DNA of 64,000 nt. Origin: Vicugna vicugna. Its lineage: Eukaryota. The notes under the pieces are model-generated. The model was not told the origin of the DNA and ran no database searches. It worked only from the letters and a program-made list of their open reading frames with translations. Made by a program: the position numbers and the translations under genes. Shown here one piece after another: positions 59,441 to 64,000 of this stretch. How positions within the stretch are numbered: position 1 is the first letter of the stretch; the number at the start of each line of letters is the position of its first letter. The DNA lies in NCBI GenBank assembly GCA_013265495.1, contig MU058384.1, positions 4,015,239 through 4,079,238 of the forward strand, given 5' to 3'.

Positions 59441-62400
59441 GCCTTTTTAGACCCAAGTTCATACCATTGCTCCAGTTTACTACATCAGGATGTTAAATGT
59501 TGAGGAGGAAAAGAGTAAAACAAACATAACGAAAGCCCCTACTGACAACTCGTAAATACTGACCTTACCTTCAGAGACAAGCCGTTTTCAAACAAAATGT
59601 TAAGTAAGCGAGAGATCTTCAGCTACAAAGGAAAAATCCAGGCCTTCTGGGCTTGACCCATCTTTCTTCTAAACTACTCAAATACAGACACAAATGACTC
59701 TGTAGTTTTCCAAAAGGTTAGACCTGCTTAGTAATTTGAAAGACATCCATTCAGACTGCTTCCAAGCATAAATGCTCACAAGATACTCCCAGTAGTGTTT
59801 CCTGACCTAATCTCAAACATATCTGGAAGGATAGAATTTATAATCTCCCACTTGAATGTTGTAAATTCTCAACTAAAAAGTAATAGAAAGAATATTGGCT
59901 TTGATTTAAACTGAAAAATATCAGTTTCTTTATCAATAAAATGGAGCTTAAGAATTCATTTCTCTGAGGGTTATTTGCGAATATTGTCCAATATTCACAA
60001 ACAAAGTAATAGTCAGAATGTAGTACAAAGTAGTTATTTAATAGGTATCATTCCCATTTACCTCCATTTTCACCAATCCACTCCCAATCCTTAATATTAA
60101 GGATAATTCTATTTGCTGTTCAACTTGACCCTTTTTCACTTTTCTAGAGAAACAAAGGAAAGCTAACCACTTAACTGTATGTCCTTGAATATTTTAAAGT
60201 AATTTTCCCAATTTTTTCTTTGGCTTAAGAGAATTTTTTTTCCAGTCATTTTAATAAGATCAGTTTACTAAATTTTGTAACTTTTAAATTTCTTGTTGTT
60301 TACTTCTTACCATTTCCGAGCTGTAGAATGAGTTGATAACTTTCTGGCCACTCTGTTTTATGACGGACTTAGTCATTTTTCCATTTGTTTCCACAGTTTG
60401 GGCACTTTCTCCTTGGCTCACTTCTTTCACTCGTTGTCTTCTTTAAATAGCATTTAGTAAAGAATTATGAACAAATTGGAAGGTTCTTTATATTTTAACT
60501 TATGTGGAAAACTTGTTCTAAATCAAAGAAACATATAAATTGAAGTAAACTCATGACAAATTTGTTATGCGAATGCTCTATCTGTAATTGCAATAGTTAT
60601 TATGGACACTAAAAATTAAACTCACGATATAATCAAAACCATATTTCATTAACTTTAGGATGTACTTTTTTGCACATTTTAACACCTCTAAAACTGAGAT
60701 GCATATAATAATTGATAAACACTTCATGTGCAGGATTCTTTTCTTTTTCACTGGTACTAAAATAAGAGTGCATCTTAACAATTGGCATTTTAGATTTGGT
60801 GAATTATACTACAATTATTTTACAGAACGAAGTATAACATTTTATTTCCTGTGGTGGTAAGTAAATATATACTAAACATGAGTCTGAAACTATTAGAAAT
60901 AAGATTAAGTAGTTAATGGCCAGCTTTGTCTTTTCCATAAAAAAAGAAAAATTGTACTGCATTGAAATTGGTTACAAAATGATTATGTATATGTATATTC
61001 TTATTACATAATTTTTCACTAGTTCATTATAAAATTCTAATGCAGTTTTTCTTTATGAATGGCTACAGAATGGAGAGTCAAACTGTTGGATCTCTAATAA
61101 TGCTTGTAGAATATCTAAGGTAACATTCAAGGTAAAATTATTATGATCCTGTATAAGATCATATAACTTATACTGGAAAGGGCAAGTCATTTACAAAGAT
61201 AGTCAGAATTTTGCTCATTACCTGGATTTATCTCAAGACTCTCAGTAACTTTAAAGCCTAGATGAAGATTTATTCCCCTTTCTTACATTTGCTTTTTAAA
61301 TCCTTTTAGTTTCATGGGGCCAGAGTCAGGCATTTTCATAAAGAGCACAACCTAATGTTTTGTGGAACAGAGAATTTAGGAGTGGCACTGATTATTTTCT
61401 GTTTTGATAAAAAATGTCCTGAAAAACAGATTAAAATATGGCATCATGCTTCATCTAGTTGATTTCATCTACTTTTCAAAATTTGATCTTTTTTTAAGCA
61501 TCAACAGAATTGTTTAGCTCTGGAAGGTCTGAGGGCAGGTAATTCATGTATTTATAACTAAGCCATCCTCTCAGAGAGATTATTTAATTCTGCTTTCTCT
61601 CCTATATCTATCATTTAATTGTATATACCCTTGGTGCCTCATTTTTCCAATGATTTAAACATTTAATTTGCAATTAATGTGCACCCTAAATTCACCCTTG
61701 CAATGTCTAGGCTTGAGTAAGAACATTTCTATATAGTCCCTTTGGACCAGTGAGTTGACAATTTCTGCACATTTTGTTAGCCACCCCCTCATGTCTTTTC
61801 TTACAGCTCTAATAAATATACCGGCCTGAAACTCTCCCAGAGATTTTCATTTCACATCTATCCTTTTGCACACCCTTGTGTAGCACACCACTGTGGTCCA
61901 GATCTGGGAACTACTTAGCTTTCCCTAATGTAAGTAGTTTTGTGGTACATGTGATGAATGGTCCAGGTAAGAGCTAGAGCTGGATAATCCCAACACTATC
62001 ATTGCTGAGAAAGCATGGTAGGACAGGGAGAAGTGTAAATAATATTCCTTATCTTGTGCCTTAATTGCATAAATGAAAAAGGAAATCTGAAATGAAAGAA
62101 AACATTAATACTTACAATTATGATTCTAATTAAGGTAGAGTTACATCACACATCATTCATCTAGCAAGACCATTTAATCATTACTTGGACACTGAAATGT
62201 CTAAATTTGTTTATTTTAGGGTAATAAGAGAACAGTTCAGATAAACAAAGAAATATGTATGTATATGTACATATGCTAGAATATATGTTCTATTACGTAG
62301 AATGGGAACTATTAACCAAGTTGCATATAACAGGAACAACTTGAGGTCAGGTTAATCTAATATTACTCTATTATAAGTGTTGATGTGGATTAATATTGCT

Positions 62401-62594
62401 GTGGAAAGAAGGTGGTCTTTACAGCCAGATGGACCTTAGATAAAATCTTAGTTTCCATGTTGACTTTTGGCAAGGTATCCTACCTCTCCAAGCTTTAACT
62501 TCCTTATTGTTAAAATTGGGACTACATATTGAATGTTATATTGTCAGTTCTGCTATAATGAAACATATGTTTTCATAAAAAATCAATGTGCTAG

Positions 62595-64000
62595 GGCCCA
62601 GAAATAAACTGATAGACCTACAATCAATTAATCTTTGGCAAAGGAGGCAAGAACATACAATGGAGAAAGGACAGTCTCTTCAGTAAGTGGTGTTGGGAAA
62701 GCTAGACAGCGGCATACAAATCAATGAAGTTAGAGCACTCCTTCACACCATATACAAAAATAAACTCAAAATGGCTTAAAGACTTAAATATAAGACATGA
62801 CACCATAAAACTCCTTGAAGAGAACATAGGCAAAACATTCTTTGATATAAATTGTAGCAATGTTTTCCTAAGACAGTCTCCCAAGGCAAAAGAGATAAAA
62901 GCAAAAATAAACAAATGGGACCTAATCAGACTTACAAGCTTTTGCACAGCAAAGGAAACCATCAACAAAACAAAAAGACAACCTATGAACTGGGAGAGAA
63001 TATTGGCAAATGATGAGATGGACAAGGGCCTAATTTCCAAAACAAACAGCTCATACAACTCAATAACAACAACAACAACAACAAATTGAAAAATGGGCAG
63101 AAGACATGGACATTTCTCTAAAGAAGACATCCAAATGGCCAATAGGCACATGAAAAGATGCTTGACATCACAAAATACTAGAGATATGCAAATCAAAACT
63201 ACAATGAGGTATAACCTTGCACGGGTCAGAATAGCCATCATCAAAACGCCTACAAAAAATAAATGCTAGAGAGGGTGTGGAGGAAACCCTCCTACACTGT
63301 TGGTGGGAATGTAAATTGGTACAGCTGCTATGGGAAAAAGTATAGATGTTTCTTAAAAAACTAAAAATAGAGTTAACATATGATCTAGCAATATGGGCAT
63401 ATATCAAGAGAAAACTCTAACTCGAAAAAGTACATGCGCTTCACTTTAATGTTCACAGCAGCACTGTTTACAATAGACAAGACATGGAAGCAACCTAAGT
63501 GTCCACTGATAGATGAATGGATAAAGAAATTGTAGTATATATATATATACACAATGGAATATTTCTTAGCCATAAAAAGATGAAATAATGCCATTTGCAG
63601 CAATATGGATGGACCTAGAGATTATCATACTAAGTGAAGTTAAGTCAGATAGAGAAAAACAAATTTCATATGATATCATTTATGTATAGAATCTAAAAAA
63701 TTGATACAAATGAACTTATTTACAAAACAGAAACAGGCTCACAGACATAGAAAACAAACGTATGGTTATCAAAGGGGAAGGAGAGGGGAAGGATAAATTA
63801 GGAGTTTGGGATTAATAGATACACACAACTATATATAAAATAGACAACAAAGACTTACTGTATAGTACACAGAACTATATTCAATATAATAATCTATAAT
63901 GGAGAAGAATCTGAAATAAATATGTAACTGAATTATTTTGCTGTTTCAGGTGAAACTAACATAACATTGTAAGTCAACTATACTGCAATTAAAAAATTTT
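62595..64000 (+). mobile_element. L1 3' portion (ORF2 C-terminus plus 3'UTR) running to the window end
   Basis: ORF 62724..63089 ([15 protein letters not shown]...[19 protein letters not shown]) is L1 ORF2. The 3'UTR ends in an A-rich tail. Confidence 0.93.

Larger units (their letters stand above)
54500..61418 (-). pseudogene. Putative decayed multi-exon gene or spliced non-coding transcript; identity unknown
   Basis: Minus-strand segments bounded by polypyrimidine-AG acceptors and GT donors: 61418(or 61257)-61222, 61114-61008, 60440-60311, 59822-59724, 59622-59569, 58261-58147, 57790-57678, 57484-57394, 57180-57121, and a long segment from 55485. No single intact ORF runs through them. Confidence 0.5.

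Noticed and set aside
62087..62192. Further minus-strand splice sites (donor at ~62115, acceptor at ~62087)
   Set aside because: The implied intron is only ~29 nt and there is no open frame. These sites could belong to the putative gene, but I cannot support a structure.
24600..64000. BCLAF1, the next gene expected from human synteny
   Set aside because: No CpG-island promoter or RS-rich exon is seen, so it presumably lies beyond the window.

Overview
This is mammalian genomic DNA, very probably camelid. It carries several tRNA-derived SINEs of the camelid (Vic-1-like) type, and I saw no Alu, BovB or PRE1 elements. Bases ~4.4-24.6 kb (+ strand) hold the last ten coding exons and 3'UTR of MAP7 (ensconsin/E-MAP-115). 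All have canonical, phase-consistent splice sites, and the protein ends ...QTQQTAEVI*. The rest is repeat-rich intergenic DNA (L1, ERV1/MaLR LTRs, hAT DNA transposons, SINEs). Two features there do not show in the ORF track. (1) A processed thioredoxin (TXN) pseudogene lies at ~50.1-51.3 kb (-), inside a multi-layer nest of mobile elements. (2) A chain of about ten minus-strand exon-like segments with good splice signals lies at ~54.5-61.4 kb. It looks like an unannotated, decayed multi-exon gene or a spliced lncRNA, convergent on MAP7. Smaller observations include a poly(A)-only insertion with a perfect TSD, a twin-primed L1, a locally templated filler at an L1 deletion and a tailless SINE head. 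No prokaryotic-type systems are present. Repeat family names and human exon numbers come from memory, not from a database search.
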